Shown piece by piece: positions 55,301 to 64,000 of a DNA stretch of 64,000 bases. The translations under genes were made by a program, and so were the position numbers. Origin of the DNA: Chiloscyllium plagiosum. Lineage: Eukaryota. Under the pieces are notes generated by a model, which was given only the letters and a program-made list of their open reading frames with translations, ran no database searches and was not told the origin of the DNA. Positions within the stretch are counted from its first letter, which is position 1, and the number at the start of each line of letters is the position of its first letter. Location: contig NC_057720.1 in assembly GCF_004010195.1 (NCBI RefSeq), positions 24,410,414-24,474,413 of the forward strand, given 5' to 3'.

Positions 55301-58300
55301 GGCTGGCAAGCAGTAATTAGTGGGGTACTGCAGGGATCAGTGTTTGGGCCCCAGATAGTCACAATATACAGAGGGACCTTGATTATTCCCAAGGACATGG
55401 GCGGGGAGCATTTGGTTAATTGAATGCTGGACAATCGCTGCCTGATAACATAGTTAGCTATGCATCAAGACCTTGTGATCTTAATCAGATCACCGAAATT
55501 CGATTAATCGAATGCCAGTTAATTGAGGTTTGTCTTATATTAATGATTCAGATCGGAAAATTAAAGGTAAAATCTCCAAGTTTGAAAATGACACAAAGCT
55601 TGGTGGGAAGGTGAGCTATGAGGGGAATGCAGGGATTCTTCAATGTGATTTGGACAACTTAAATGAGTGAGCAAAAGCATGGCAGATGAGGTATAATGTG
55701 ATAAGTGTGAGGTTATCCACTTTGGTAGCAAAATGGTAAGGCAGATGATTCTCTAAATGGTGATAGATTGGGAAAGGACGAGGTGCAGTGAGATCTAGGT
55801 GTCCTTGTACACCAGTCAGTAAAGGTAACCATGCAGGTGCAGGGGGATGAAGAAAGCAAATGGTCTGTTGGCCTTCATAGTGAGCGAATTCGAGCACAGG
55901 TGCAGGGATGTCTTACTTCACTTGTATATGCCCTTGGTGAGATCACACCTGGAGTATTGTGAGTAGTTTGTTCAGGCTATGAGGGAGTGCAATGAAGGTT
56001 TCCCAAACTGATTCCTGGGGATGACAGTTCTGGTGTGTGAAGAGAGACTGGATCAGTCAGGACTATAATCACTGGAGTTTAGAAGAATGATCACACCTGG
56101 AGTATTGTGAGTAGTTTGTTCAGGCTATGAGGGAGTGCAATGAAGGTTTCCCAAACTGATTCCTGGGGATGACAGTTCTGGTAGAAGAATGAGGGTGGAT
56201 CTCATAAAAACCTATAAAATTCTAACACATCTAAACAGAGTAAATGCAGAAGGACGTTCCCAATGACTGAGGAGTCTAGAACCAGGGTTCATAGTTTAAG
56301 GATACAGGTTGGTCCTTTCAGGACAGAGATGAGGTGAAATGTCTTCACCCAGAGACTGGTGATCCTGTGGAATTCTCTGCCACAGAAAACAGTTGAGACC
56401 AAAACATCGAATGCTTTCAAGAAAGCGATACATATAGTTCTTAAGGCTGAAGGGATCCAAGGATACAGGGAGAAAGCAGGAACAGAGTGGCCATTACTTC
56501 TTTCTGACATTGCTGAATCTACTCAGCTGTTGGCCAATTTGAATGGATAGAGCTCTTTAAGTCGGACTTCCACCATATTGTCACCGCAGGACAGCCAACT
56601 TTATGTCAGTGTTGTGCTGATTGACTTTTCAACTAGTTTTTGGTGAGGTGTGCAGGTGGTGAGGAATATGTCCTCCCCAAATCCCACCCATAAAATTCAA
56701 TCCATACTGTTTAAAAAAATTGCTAAAGCAATCAGGGCATCATATTTTAAAAAATCAAGGAAATGTTCATTTGACCTTAGAATCTGAGTTATAAAATAGA
56801 ATGTAATATGGAAAATATCACAAACAGTTTTGCAGTGATCTATAATAAAAGTATAATTCAAAGACTGAATAATTGATAATCTCACATTACCGAGCATAAA
56901 ACAACAAATTATATTGTTCCTCTGGGTGACAACATTGGAAGACATGGGAACAGGTGTAATGTTTTCTAGTTTTACATCTTCATTAATTATCTCAATCACT
57001 CTAATGTTTTGTGTTGTTTGTCAGATTTCCATTCTTGGGTGAGCCACAATTTGCGTTCGTTATATAAATACTGAAGTAACTGTCTTGTTCTCAGTATGTT
57101 CTCCTTTTTTGCCACAAACTCCATCTCCCTCCCCGTCACTGTCTCATGTGGAATAAGATTGCAATCTCAGCTTTCTACTTGACCTTAAAGTTGATCCTTA
57201 AATCTCATATTCCCTTCAACAAAGACCACTATCTCCACCCTGTAACATTGTTTATCTTTGCTGCTGCTTCACCAATCTGATGCTGAATTGTTCATGCCTT
57301 TGTCACTTCCAGCCTCAACTATTCCAATGTTTTTCTAGCCAGGCTTCCATCTCTTACAGTCTATTGATTTAAGTTCATCCATGACTGATAAATTTTCAAT
57401 ATTATAAAAATATTGCACATAGAAGAAAATGTACTTGCATATAGTACAGTAGATGAAACTAGATTTGAGGAAGCCAAATTTATCCAGTTTAAACCATCAC
57501 TAATTGGTATAAACCTTACTGGATAACTGCATGGATATATCTGTACATATCATTACAAATAGCAAATCGACCACTAAATATACTATACCAGCACCATTCT
57601 AAGTATAATGGCACATGCATAGTGCAAATCTCATTGAAGGTGGAGGTTAGTTGAATTTCAATTCCTGACTTAGAAAGAAATTATAACTGTACTCAGTTTC
57701 ACACTTGTAAAATTAAAATTAATCTAACATTATGTCTATGTACAGGAAAAGCGGATCTATGATCTCAAGAAGAAAAATCAAGAATTGGAAAAGTTTAAAT
57801 TTGTTCTGGATTACAAAATTAAAGAGCTTAAGAAACAAATTGAACCACGAGAAAATGATATAAAAGAAATGAAAGAGCAAATACAGCAAGTAAGTCTTCA
57901 GAAAACAACTGAGAACTTTTGAAATAGCTTGTATTTTTATTAAGCTGCATTTATGGGATACACCACTGCTAGATGGAGCAACAAATGCATATGTGCATAA
58001 GTTCAGTATTGTAGTGTGATATTATGTGACAATTTCATTCAGTCTTACTACAATGTAACAGTTTAGTAGCATTCAAGAAGCACCTGGATGAATACATGAA
58101 TAGGAATGAAACAGAGGGTTATGGATTCTGTAAGTAAAGACTGTTTTAGAATGGAAGGGAAAAATGTGTCGTTACGGGTTTGGAGATCCAAAGGGCTTGT
58201 TCCTGCGCTGTATTGCACTTTTTTCTGTTTCTCTTTGTTCTTTAAAGCATTTAGCAGCACTTCACATATGGCTGTCATGAAGTTAGTTTCCTATTTAAAT

Positions 58301-61300
58301 ATACATTGTGCAAGTTTATTAATCATTGTTAAATTCAATTATGCATCCTCTATAACTGTAACAAAAATCTCTAAAGTGTGCTCTGCTTCCCATTCCTTAC
58401 TTATGTAAGTAGTGAATAAAGCTGGTTTCATTACTGTCCCTTGAGGAACATCACCCATATGTTTCAACAATCTTACAACAAATATCTTTTAAACACTGTT
58501 TGCTCTTTTCCATTTTTGTAGCCAGCTTGCTGCCTATGCTACTGTATTCTCAGGGATTAGTTGTCATTCCCAATTGCTCACTTCTTTCTGTTCTGCAGAT
58601 TCAGGAGCTAAGAACAATTTACTGTTATGGTGCCGAGACATCATGGGTGTAATTGCGTTTGTGCAGATGGATTACAGTATCCATTTTTGTGTTGGGAACA
58701 TGCTCAATTTATATTATCCCTTACGCCCTTAGTAGTAAATCACCTTGCCGTAATTTAATTATCATTAGGATTGTATGCACATACAGATGCTATGTGGTGA
58801 GCTTGGGATTTTTGATCTTATCAGGTTTTGAGGCAAGCAGTTTGAGTTGGATGGTTTGGGCTGGAAATCATGTCTCATTAACTTGATTGAATTTTTTGAA
58901 GAAGTATCAAGAGGATTGATGAGGGCAGAGCAGTTGATGTGATCTATATGGACTTCAGTAAGGCATTCAAGGTTCCTCATGGTAGACTGGTTAGCAAGGT
59001 CAGATCTCACGGAATACAGGGAGAACTAACTATTTGGATACAGAACTGGCTCAAAGGTGGTGGTAAGGGGTTGTGACCAGCGATGTACTACTAGGATCAG
59101 TGCTGGGTCCACTGCTTTATATCATTTATATAAATGATTTGGATGTGAACATAGGAGGTATAGTTGGTACGTTTGCAGATGACACCAAAATTGGAGGTGT
59201 AGTGGACTGTGAAGATGGTAACCTCAGAACAACAGGATCTTGATCAGATGGGCCAATGGGCCGAGAAGTGGCAGATGGAGTTTAATTTAGATAAATGTGA
59301 GGTGCTGTACTTTGAGAAGACAAATCAGGGCAGGAATTTTTACACTTCATGGTAAGGTCCCTTGGGAGTATTGCTAAACAGAAACCTTGGAGTGCAGGTT
59401 CATAGGTCCTTGGAAGGGGAGTCACAGGTGGACAGGATTGTCAAGAAGGCATTTGGTACACTTTCCTTTATTGGTCAGTGCTTTAAGCAGAGGAGTTGGA
59501 AGGTTATGCTGCGGCTGTACAGAACTTTTGGAGTACTGCATAAAATTCTGGTCTCCCTCATACAGGATGTTGTGAAACGTGAGTGCTCAGAAAAGCTTTA
59601 CGAGTATGTTGCCAGGGTTGAAGGGTTTGAGCTATAGGGAGAGCCTAAATAGGCTGGAGCTATTTTCTCTGGAGCGTCAGAGGCTGAGGGGTGACCTTAT
59701 CAAGGTTTATAACGAGCCCTCCACAATCACCTGATGAAGGAGCATCGCTCCGAAAGCCAGTGTGCTTCCAATTAAACCTGTTGGACTATAACCTGGTGTT
59801 GTGTGATTTTTAAAAATGGGTAGGGTAAGTAGACAAGGTCTTTTCCCTGCGGTGGGGGAGTCCAAAACTAAAGGGCATAGGTTTAAGGTGAGAGGGGAAA
59901 GATAAAAAAGAGACCTAAGGGGCAACTTTTTCATACAGAGGATGGTGTGGGTCTGGAATGAGCTGCCAGAGGAAGTGGTGAAAGCTGGTATGATTACAAC
60001 ATTTAAAAGGCATCTGAATGGGTATATGAATAGGAAGGGTTTAGAGGGATATGGGCCAAATGCTGGCAAATGGGACCAGATTTATATGGGATAGCTGGTT
60101 GACATGGACAAGTTGGACCAAAGTGTTTGTTTCCATGGTGTATATCTCGATGATTCTAGATTGCTCAGATCAGTTGAAGCAGAGGAAAAGCCACTCAGCT
60201 GAAGCAAATAATTGATTAAAACACCAACCAACCCAACCGCCCCAGGGCTGAACACCCTCCCACTCTGCCAAGGACATGCAGGTCCTTGGCCTCCTCCATC
60301 GTCAGACTCTGACCACACGACGCCTGGAGGAAGAGCGCCTCATCTTCCATCAGCCCGCTTGGCACACCAGCCTCATTTCTGAAGAAGGGCTTATGCCCGA
60401 AACGTTGATTCTCCTGTTCCTCAGATGCTGCCTGCCCTGCTGTGTTTTTCCAGCACCACATTTTTCAACTAACACACCAATTCAACACTTAGTCCATCAA
60501 GGCAGTAAGTTATTTTACTCATTGGTAATAAATAAAATGCATGTCTTGTTATTTAACCATTTGGATTTCAGATAGCTGGATTCATAGGATCCCTACAAAG
60601 CTTTAATTATTTCTACCTCTAAAGGAATTGTCTGGCGAATAAAGGCAAAATACCGCAGATACTGGAAATCTGAAATAAACGTAGAGAATGCTGGAGAAAC
60701 TCAGCAGATCTGGCAGCAACTGCAGCGAAATAAACATTTATGTTTCAAGCCCATTATGATTCCTCTTCAGAACCCAAGAGTGTATCAATTGGTTCATACT
60801 GGACTCAAAACATTAACTCTTTCTCTCTCCACAGATGCTGCCAGATCTGCTGAGTTTCTCCAACATACTCTGAATTTGTTAATGGGTTGTCTATTGTAGT
60901 TGTCATGCAAGAAGATCTCACTCGCTGGGATTATAAACTAATAAAAACTTGCATTAGAAATAAAAGCTTCCTTTAGGAAAATGTAATCATTGCTTATCAA
61001 TTTCTAAACTGTTTCACTGTCCCCATTAATAGCTATTCATTCTCCTGGCCTGATTGTTATCCACTCCTTGTCTGTCCAACTGTTCTTGTCTCTCTTTGAG
61101 CTCTATTTTCACCAATCATTTACTCCTTACCCTCTCCCCCCCATCCTATCTTCTGTATATAATCCAATTCTTCCTTGCTACCATCAGTTCTGAGGAAGGG
61201 TTACTGGACATGAAATGTTAACTCTGATTAGATGCTGTCAGATCTGCTGAGTGTTTCCAACACTTTTATTTTGTTTCTGATTTCCAGCATCCACAGTTAT

Positions 61301-61465
61301 TTCAGTTTTTAGTTTCTAAACGTATGTGTCTCATTTATCCTTCTACAGATGGAAACTGAATTGGAGCTGTTTCATAAACATAATGCCCAGCTGGAACTTA
61401 ATATTGGAGAACTCAAACAGAAACTAAAGGCCACAGAAGCAGAGATGCGTAAAGAGATGGAGAAG
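1166..61465 (+). CDS. CFAP57: Cilia- and flagella-associated protein 57 (WDR65), 18 coding exons in window, 3' incomplete
   Basis: Spliced translation [14 protein letters not shown]...[19 protein letters not shown]...[21 protein letters not shown]...[20 protein letters not shown]...[17 protein letters not shown]...[37 protein letters not shown] matches CFAP57 as I recall it. All introns are GT-AG and the exon phases sum to 3039 nt. Confidence 0.97.
1564..1852 (-). mobile_element. tRNA-derived SINE, HE1/V-SINE-like
   Basis: Minus strand GGCATGGTGGCTCAGTGGTTAGCACTG (A box)...GGTTCAAATC (B box)...central body...TCTAA-repeat tail. Confidence 0.9.
2140..4690 (+). mobile_element. Decayed CR1-type LINE ORF2 and 3' end
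   Basis: [35 protein letters not shown] and KFAD-like motifs, with frameshifts. Confidence 0.85.
2418..2734 (-). mobile_element. HE1/V-SINE-like SINE inserted in a CR1 relic
   Basis: Same head, body and (TCTAA)n tail. Confidence 0.9.
4780..6510 (+). mobile_element. Decayed CR1-type LINE
   Basis: [12 protein letters not shown] (endonuclease C-terminus), [17 protein letters not shown]. Confidence 0.8.
6540..7310 (-). mobile_element. CR1 3' fragment interrupted by a PLE-like fold-back element at about 7003-7210
   Basis: Reverse strand reads as CR1 C-terminal region ([15 protein letters not shown]); the inner segment is inverted-repeat structured. Confidence 0.65.
7670..7983 (+). CDS. CFAP57: CFAP57 coding exon 2 (314 nt)
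   Basis: gcag|GT GCT GAA...NPIYQ|gtaatc. Confidence 0.95.
9308..9523. mobile_element. Short fold-back PLE-like element with two opposed hammerhead motifs
   Basis: Inverted arms AGTTAAAAATCACACAA...TTGTGTGATTTTTAACT; CTGATGA...GAAA core on each strand. Confidence 0.8.
9359..9393 (-). ncRNA. Minimal type I hammerhead ribozyme motif (intact core)
   Basis: uac-CUGAUGA-A-GAAGC-agc-GCUUC-GAAAGCUA/gug. Confidence 0.7.
9915..10105 (-). mobile_element. PLE-like terminal fragment with degenerate hammerhead
   Basis: Minus strand CAC-TTATGA-T-GTTACC-TAGTCAT-GGTGAC-GAAACATC. Confidence 0.5.
11471..11712 (+). CDS. CFAP57: CFAP57 coding exon 3 (242 nt)
   Basis: ttag|[10 protein letters not shown]...[11 protein letters not shown]|gtacag, phase 2. 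Confidence 0.9.
12425..12733 (-). mobile_element. HE1/V-SINE-like SINE (young, CpG-rich)
   Basis: Intact A/B boxes and a (TAATC)n tail. Confidence 0.92.
14020..14188 (+). CDS. CFAP57: CFAP57 coding exon 4 (169 nt)
   Basis: taacag|[36 protein letters not shown]...RVIR|gtgagt. Confidence 0.9.
14585..15250 (-). mobile_element. RTE-clade LINE 3' fragment
   Basis: [17 protein letters not shown]...[24 protein letters not shown] is a typical RTE ORF C-terminus; (TGA)n tail. Confidence 0.8.
15945..16480 (-). mobile_element. CR1 3' fragment
   Basis: FQKRFTRM...[10 protein letters not shown] on the minus strand, followed by a CR1-type 3' UTR. Confidence 0.8.
17111..17263 (+). CDS. CFAP57: CFAP57 coding exon 5 (153 nt)
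   Basis: ccag|IPQDPYS...AEISK|gtgagc. Confidence 0.95.
17335..18730 (+). mobile_element. CR1 3' fragment interrupted by a minus-strand PLE fragment (about 17589-18135)
   Basis: [22 protein letters not shown]; the inner segment matches the PLE 3' end, including a degenerate hammerhead at about 17686-17717. Confidence 0.8.
19075..19570 (+). mobile_element. Tx1/L1-clade LINE 3' fragment
   Basis: [19 protein letters not shown]...DAFRARWAL resembles Tx1 ORF2 C-termini; A-rich end near 19560. Confidence 0.6.
20002..20141 (+). CDS. CFAP57: CFAP57 coding exon 6 (140 nt)
   Basis: aacag|SELTHFEF...[10 protein letters not shown]|gtatgg; not listed in the ORF track. Confidence 0.95.
20612..20866 (-). 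mobile_element. HE1/V-SINE-like SINE adjoining a CR1 3' tail (20444-20610)
   Basis: Same SINE consensus as above. Confidence 0.85.
22014..22330. mobile_element. PLE-derived fold-back insertion, perfect 123-bp arms, TSD CTTTATAAAAGATC
   Basis: Palindrome centred on 22137; duplication at 22002-22015 and 22331-22344. Confidence 0.9.
22200..22235 (+). ncRNA. Minimal hammerhead motif (mirror copy on minus strand at 22039-22074)
   Basis: CUGAAGA-A-GGGC-uuau-GCCC-GAAACGUC; stem I is weak. Confidence 0.6.
24380..24921. other. Assembly gap (N run)
   Basis: N run. Confidence 1.
24922..25830 (-). mobile_element. CR1 RT/3' fragment
   Basis: [10 protein letters not shown]...[10 protein letters not shown]...[11 protein letters not shown]. 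Confidence 0.92.
26942..27564. other. Assembly gap (N run)
   Basis: N run. Confidence 1.
27670..27705 (+). ncRNA. Minimal hammerhead motif in the PLE terminal repeat
   Basis: CUGAUGA-A-GGGC-uuuu-GCCC-GAAACGUC. Confidence 0.65.
28944..29230 (-). mobile_element. HE1/V-SINE-like SINE
   Basis: Same consensus, more diverged. Confidence 0.85.
29330..31140 (+). mobile_element. Highly decayed Gypsy-type LTR retrotransposon gag-protease
   Basis: [15 protein letters not shown] (CCHC knuckle with H>N) at about 30484-30528; [14 protein letters not shown] (cf. ILRDTGASQSLIL) at about 30803-30844. Confidence 0.6.
31150..32200 (+). mobile_element. Nested CR1 fragments (31190-31720 inside an older copy)
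   Basis: [16 protein letters not shown]1 3' tail; the outer copy has LDFQKSFD. Confidence 0.75.
32328..32493 (+). CDS. CFAP57: CFAP57 coding exon 7 (166 nt)
   Basis: atag|[22 protein letters not shown]...RSCRE|gtatgc. Confidence 0.95.
33380..33493 (+). CDS. CFAP57: CFAP57 coding exon 8 (114 nt)
   Basis: ttcag|[10 protein letters not shown]...GHNGK|gtgggt. Confidence 0.95.
33940..34060 (+). mobile_element. PLE terminal fragment, truncated within the hammerhead core
   Basis: GAAGGGCTTATGCCCGAAACGTCG...CCTCACTTTCTCC. Confidence 0.85.
35596..35688 (+). mobile_element. 93-bp PLE-derived insertion (hammerhead plus tail) with TSD TAATACCA
   Basis: Core CTGAAGA at 35599; duplication at 35588-35595 and 35689-35696. 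Confidence 0.85.
36269..36481 (+). CDS. CFAP57: CFAP57 coding exon 9 (213 nt)
   Basis: aacag|IRAIVWN...ITDSQ|gtgggt. Confidence 0.95.
37498..37671 (+). CDS. CFAP57: CFAP57 coding exon 10 (174 nt)
   Basis: ttcag|IIREVPS...HSGPITK|gtacca. Confidence 0.93.
38455..41340 (+). mobile_element. Decayed LINE (APE endonuclease + RT) with a tRNA-like SINE segment at its 5' side
   Basis: TNIWGL...[11 protein letters not shown] (APE motif I), [33 protein letters not shown]; clade not determined. Confidence 0.7.
40756..41203. mobile_element. ~410-bp imperfect palindromic PLE-like element, two opposed hammerheads, 15-bp TSD
   Basis: Centre near 40962; TSD ACCCTGGAYATTAAG at 40743-40757 and 41204-41218. 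Confidence 0.85.
41785..41946 (+). CDS. CFAP57: CFAP57 coding exon 11 (162 nt)
   Basis: tacag|MVVTFDD...DLQEK|gtaatg. Confidence 0.95.
44920..45075 (+). CDS. CFAP57: CFAP57 coding exon 12 (156 nt)
   Basis: aacag|[20 protein letters not shown]...KTKNQ|gtaagt. Confidence 0.95.
45585..45678 (+). CDS. CFAP57: CFAP57 coding exon 13 (94 nt)
   Basis: gtag|VLKTDKDK...IEDL G|gtaaaa, phase 1. Confidence 0.9.
46650..46840 (+). CDS. CFAP57: CFAP57 coding exon 14 (191 nt)
   Basis: gcag|[20 protein letters not shown]...FIEQ|gtgaga. Confidence 0.95.
47820..49241. mobile_element. Probable solo-LTR relics (inner one about 48340-48973, minus strand)
   Basis: TGTGACA terminus on the minus strand at 48973; the 3' end near 49180-49241 resembles the sequence preceding the Gypsy relic at about 28915-29270. 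Confidence 0.35.
49651..49824 (+). CDS. CFAP57: CFAP57 coding exon 15 (174 nt)
   Basis: ctcag|LQEESRQ...GIMRKK|gtataa. Confidence 0.93.
50188..50346 (+). CDS. CFAP57: CFAP57 coding exon 16 (159 nt)
   Basis: ctcag|FTSLQKEIE...DETIQDK|gtcagg. Confidence 0.95.
51848..53755 (+). mobile_element. Penelope-like element with inverted 5' segment (51848-~52073) and 17-bp TSD
   Basis: RT ([22 protein letters not shown]), Cys/His linker [11 protein letters not shown], endonuclease C-terminus [17 protein letters not shown]; in-frame stops; TSD GCTAYAGACCAATGAGG. Confidence 0.92.
53137..53395. other. Assembly gap (N run)
   Basis: N run. Confidence 1.
55369..55536. mobile_element. Tc1/mariner (pogo/Tigger-like) MITE inserted at TA
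   Basis: TA-CAGAGGGACCTTGATTA...TAATTGAGGTTTGTCT-TA degenerate TIRs interrupting the CR1 sequence ACAATATA|TATTAATGA. Confidence 0.55.
57746..57889 (+). CDS. CFAP57: CFAP57 coding exon 17 (144 nt)
   Basis: tacag|[13 protein letters not shown]...KEQIQQ|gtaagt. Confidence 0.95.
58862..60150 (+). mobile_element. CR1 RT/3' fragment with a PLE-like hammerhead fragment inserted at about 59713-59815
   Basis: [22 protein letters not shown]; the insert carries CACCTGATGAAGGAGCATCGCTCCGAAAGCCAGTG. Confidence 0.85.
60226..60470 (+). mobile_element. Internally deleted PLE 3' fragment with hammerhead (core at 60379)
   Basis: [10 protein letters not shown], then CTGAAGAAGGGCTTATGCCCGAAACGTT. Confidence 0.85.
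60643..61310. mobile_element. Third-family PLE-like terminal fragments (fold-back 60643-60875; direct 61020-61310)
   Basis: GATGCTGCCAGA.CTGCTGAG arms; GTT-CTGAGGA-AGGGT...GAAATGTT-AAC at 61187-61222. Confidence 0.65.
61349..61465 (+). CDS. CFAP57: CFAP57 coding exon 18 (117 nt)
   Basis: tacag|[19 protein letters not shown]...KEMEK|gttaga. Confidence 0.95.
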
Positions 61466-63101
61466 GTTAGATTGTGCTATGCACATGGTTAGCTATATAC
61501 AAATACACGCTAGGGCAAATGCACATATACAAACACGGCTTTGCTCATGCCAAAGAACTAGATAAATTCTAAGCTTTAGTTTTATCTAGATTGTATATTT
61601 ATTAAAATGTATTCTGTACATGCATTGGAATGCATTTTTGATCATTTGAGAATGTAATTTGATAATTTGGTCTCCAACTAAGCTTCTAATTACCAAAGTT
61701 TCAAATTAAAAAGAGTAAGCTGCTGTATTCCTGATGTTGGTGCCTTTTTTACTTAAGGAACCTTTGAGTGTGTTCTTCCTGAACATAGGTCCTTGATTTA
61801 TTGGTTGCTTCATCTGAGCTAGTCTTCTTGGCAGTGTCATTTGTCATTGCCTTCCACTTTCTGGAACGGGGTGAGGAGGCAGGTGTCATGTCTATTTCAG
61901 CTGGAATGAGAAATGATCAGGTAGTTGTCATTAATCTAAACAAATTGCTATCCGCCCAGCCAACTGGGTAACCATCACCTTTTAATAACACAGTAAAATA
62001 TTGAATTAAATAATTCAGTGAAATGAAGCACTCATTTCTCGTTCCAGCTTTCTTTATTGAGCTGAATAGATCAAACCAAATCAAATCAAATAAGCAATAA
62101 TGGTCTCACCCAACTGGTGATCTAGTGAGAGCCCTGCGTCATATCTTTTAGAAAAGACTCCTAAAAATGGACAGCAGCCAACCGTCTCAAAGACCTAAGG
62201 TCTTGCCTACCAAGTTCTTCTGGTCAATCAGAACAGCAGTGCCAACAGGGAGGCTTGGAGCCATCAGATTCCAGATCACAGATGTGTAATAATGGGAGAG
62301 AGGCCGCAGAGAAGGGCTCACTGGAATGTGTGGGAAGAGGCTGTGTCTCTAGCATTGATTTGGGATTGGCTGTCACAAGGACCACCTTTTCCTTGATCAA
62401 GCATGAAGTATTTTAGTACGAGGGACTCTTAGTAGGAATCTAAAAGGAACCTCACTTGTGCTTGTGTGTACTGTGTCCCACTTGGCAAGTTACCCACCCA
62501 TCGCTGACTAAAACTAGCGACAACGGTATAAGTGAAAATTAGTTGCCTGTTTAATGCGCTCAGCTGGAGGGGAAGGCTATCCATGATCCTCCTCACCACA
62601 GATTTGATTCTAAGGAGCTGGAAGGCTGTGGTGTGCTCCATTAAAATCTCCCAATGTGGGAGCGTATTACAATTCATCCTGAATATCTGAAACATTGATT
62701 TACTAGGGCAGAAATCCCCAACCTGCAAGAAGGCAGTGGAAAGGGCAGGAGAGTATTTTTTTTTATCAGACAGGAAGGTGTGTGTGGAAATACCTCCCCT
62801 CCCCAATTTTCCTGCAATTACGTCTGGGTTAGGAAGGTTCAAGCCAGCCATCCTGCCTAAAAATCAATGCAAGTGGCCATTTCACCCTGCTATTGCTGGA
62901 AGTTACCTAGCCATGGGCAGGGATGTTTATCACATGGTCCTATCACGAGGAAGATCTTGGCAGGTAGGGAGATCCTCCTTCCCAACCACATTGCCAGATT
63001 TGTTTTTAGGTTAGATTAGATTTGATTAGATTCCCTACTGTATGGAAACAGGCCAAAGCATTTGCATGAGGAACCCAGAATAATGACTCATAGACCAGAA
63101 C

Positions 63102-63155
63102 TAGCCAACTCGGCTGTTAACCGGAAGGTTGGTGGTTTGAAACTATCCAGAGACA
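63102..63155 (+). pseudogene. tRNA-Asn(GTT) 3'-half pseudogene fragment
   Basis: TCGGCTGTTAACCGGAAGGTTGGTGGTTTGAAACTATCCAGAGAC matches the anticodon and T arms of vertebrate tRNA-Asn; the acceptor 5' strand and D arm are missing. Confidence 0.7.
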
Positions 63156-63193
63156 AAGGGCTTCCTTACTTCTGGCTGCATTATGGCTCAGTA

Positions 63194-63459
63194 GGGTGTC
63201 ACAGTGGCTAGCACCGCTGCCTCACAGCGCCAGTGTTCTGGATTTGATTCCAGCCTTGGGTGACTGAGTGGAGTTTGCACATTCTCCCCATGTCTGCGTG
63301 GATATCTGCTAGATATTCCAGTTTCCTCCCACATTCCAACAATGTGTAGGTTAGGTTGATTGGCCATGGAAATATAGGGTTGGGGGATGGGTCTGGGTGG
63401 GATGCTCTTCTGAGGATTGGTGTGGACCAGTTGGGTCGAATGGTCTGTCTCTACACTGC
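63194..63459 (+). mobile_element. HE1/V-SINE-like SINE, diverged
   Basis: GCACCGCTGCCTCACAGCGCCAG...GGAGTTTGCACATTCTCCCC. Confidence 0.85.
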
Positions 63460-63724
63460 TTAAAAAAAAACTACTGTATTTTTTCTTGGGATTCCATCAT
63501 TGATGTAAGTAGCAGTGCAATACTGTATGCGCCCACTGGGGATACTAGAGACCTGACTGTCTAATTTGCCAGCAGCGCTTGGGGTCAGAAAATTTAACCT
63601 TGCACCAGGATTTTGGGGGGAATTTTCCTAGCATTAGAAATAGGAAGTTTAAGATTAGGAAGTGAAGTCTGATTGAGACTTAATACAGCAGATAATTCCT
63701 GGAAATGGCAGGATGATATGACTA

Positions 63725-63915
63725 GGAGAAAGTGAGGACTGCAGATGCTGGAGATCAGAATCGAGAATGTGATGCTGGAAAAAGGACAGCAGGTCAGGCA
63801 GCATCCGAGAAGCAGGCGAATCAACGTTTTGGGCAAAAACCCTTCATCAGGAATGTCGATCCTCCTGCTCCTTGGATGCTGCACGACGTGCTGTGCTTTT
63901 CCAGCACCACACTCT
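63725..63915. mobile_element. Degenerate PLE fold-back fragment
   Basis: Inverted GGCAGCATCC/GGATGCTGC arms; degenerate minus-strand hammerhead at about 63820-63854. Confidence 0.75.
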
Positions 63916-64000
63916 CGAGCATAATAGGACTGTCCTGTGAAGAGTGATTGAGAAATTTGGCTTGTGTTCTCCAGAGTTAAGAATAAGAAAAGGTCTTATA

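Larger units (their letters stand above)
51070..56490 (+). mobile_element. Nested CR1 copies (inner about 51727-55092 within outer)
   Basis: The outer copy breaks at GFMKGKS and resumes with LLTNLLEFF at about 55093; the inner copy has its own RT motifs and 3' tail. Confidence 0.85.

Overview
Eukaryotic vertebrate genomic DNA, most likely a cartilaginous fish (inferred from HE1/V-SINE-like elements and abundant CR1 LINEs). The window holds the 5' part of one + strand gene, CFAP57 (WDR65; WD40 repeats plus coiled coil, a motile-cilium axonemal protein). I traced 18 coding exons from ATG 1166 to 61465: all introns are GT-AG, phases are consistent, and the exons total 3039 nt (1013 codons) with no stop, so the gene continues beyond the window. 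A putative promoter near 130-210 contains an RFX X-box. The introns are packed with CR1, RTE, Tx1 and other LINE relics, tRNA-derived SINEs, a decayed Gypsy element, a TA-inserted MITE and Penelope-like elements (PLEs). There are three N gaps. The most notable signal is four sequence families of minimal hammerhead-ribozyme motifs (CUGAnGA-stem II-GAAA-palindromic stem III), one of them directly attached to PLE coding sequence. Several sit in short non-coding fold-back insertions, some flanked by target-site duplications, with ribozyme cores on both strands. Intron 3 also carries an in-frame partial copy of exon 4 behind a strong splice acceptor. Family assignments rest on motif recognition; no database search was run.
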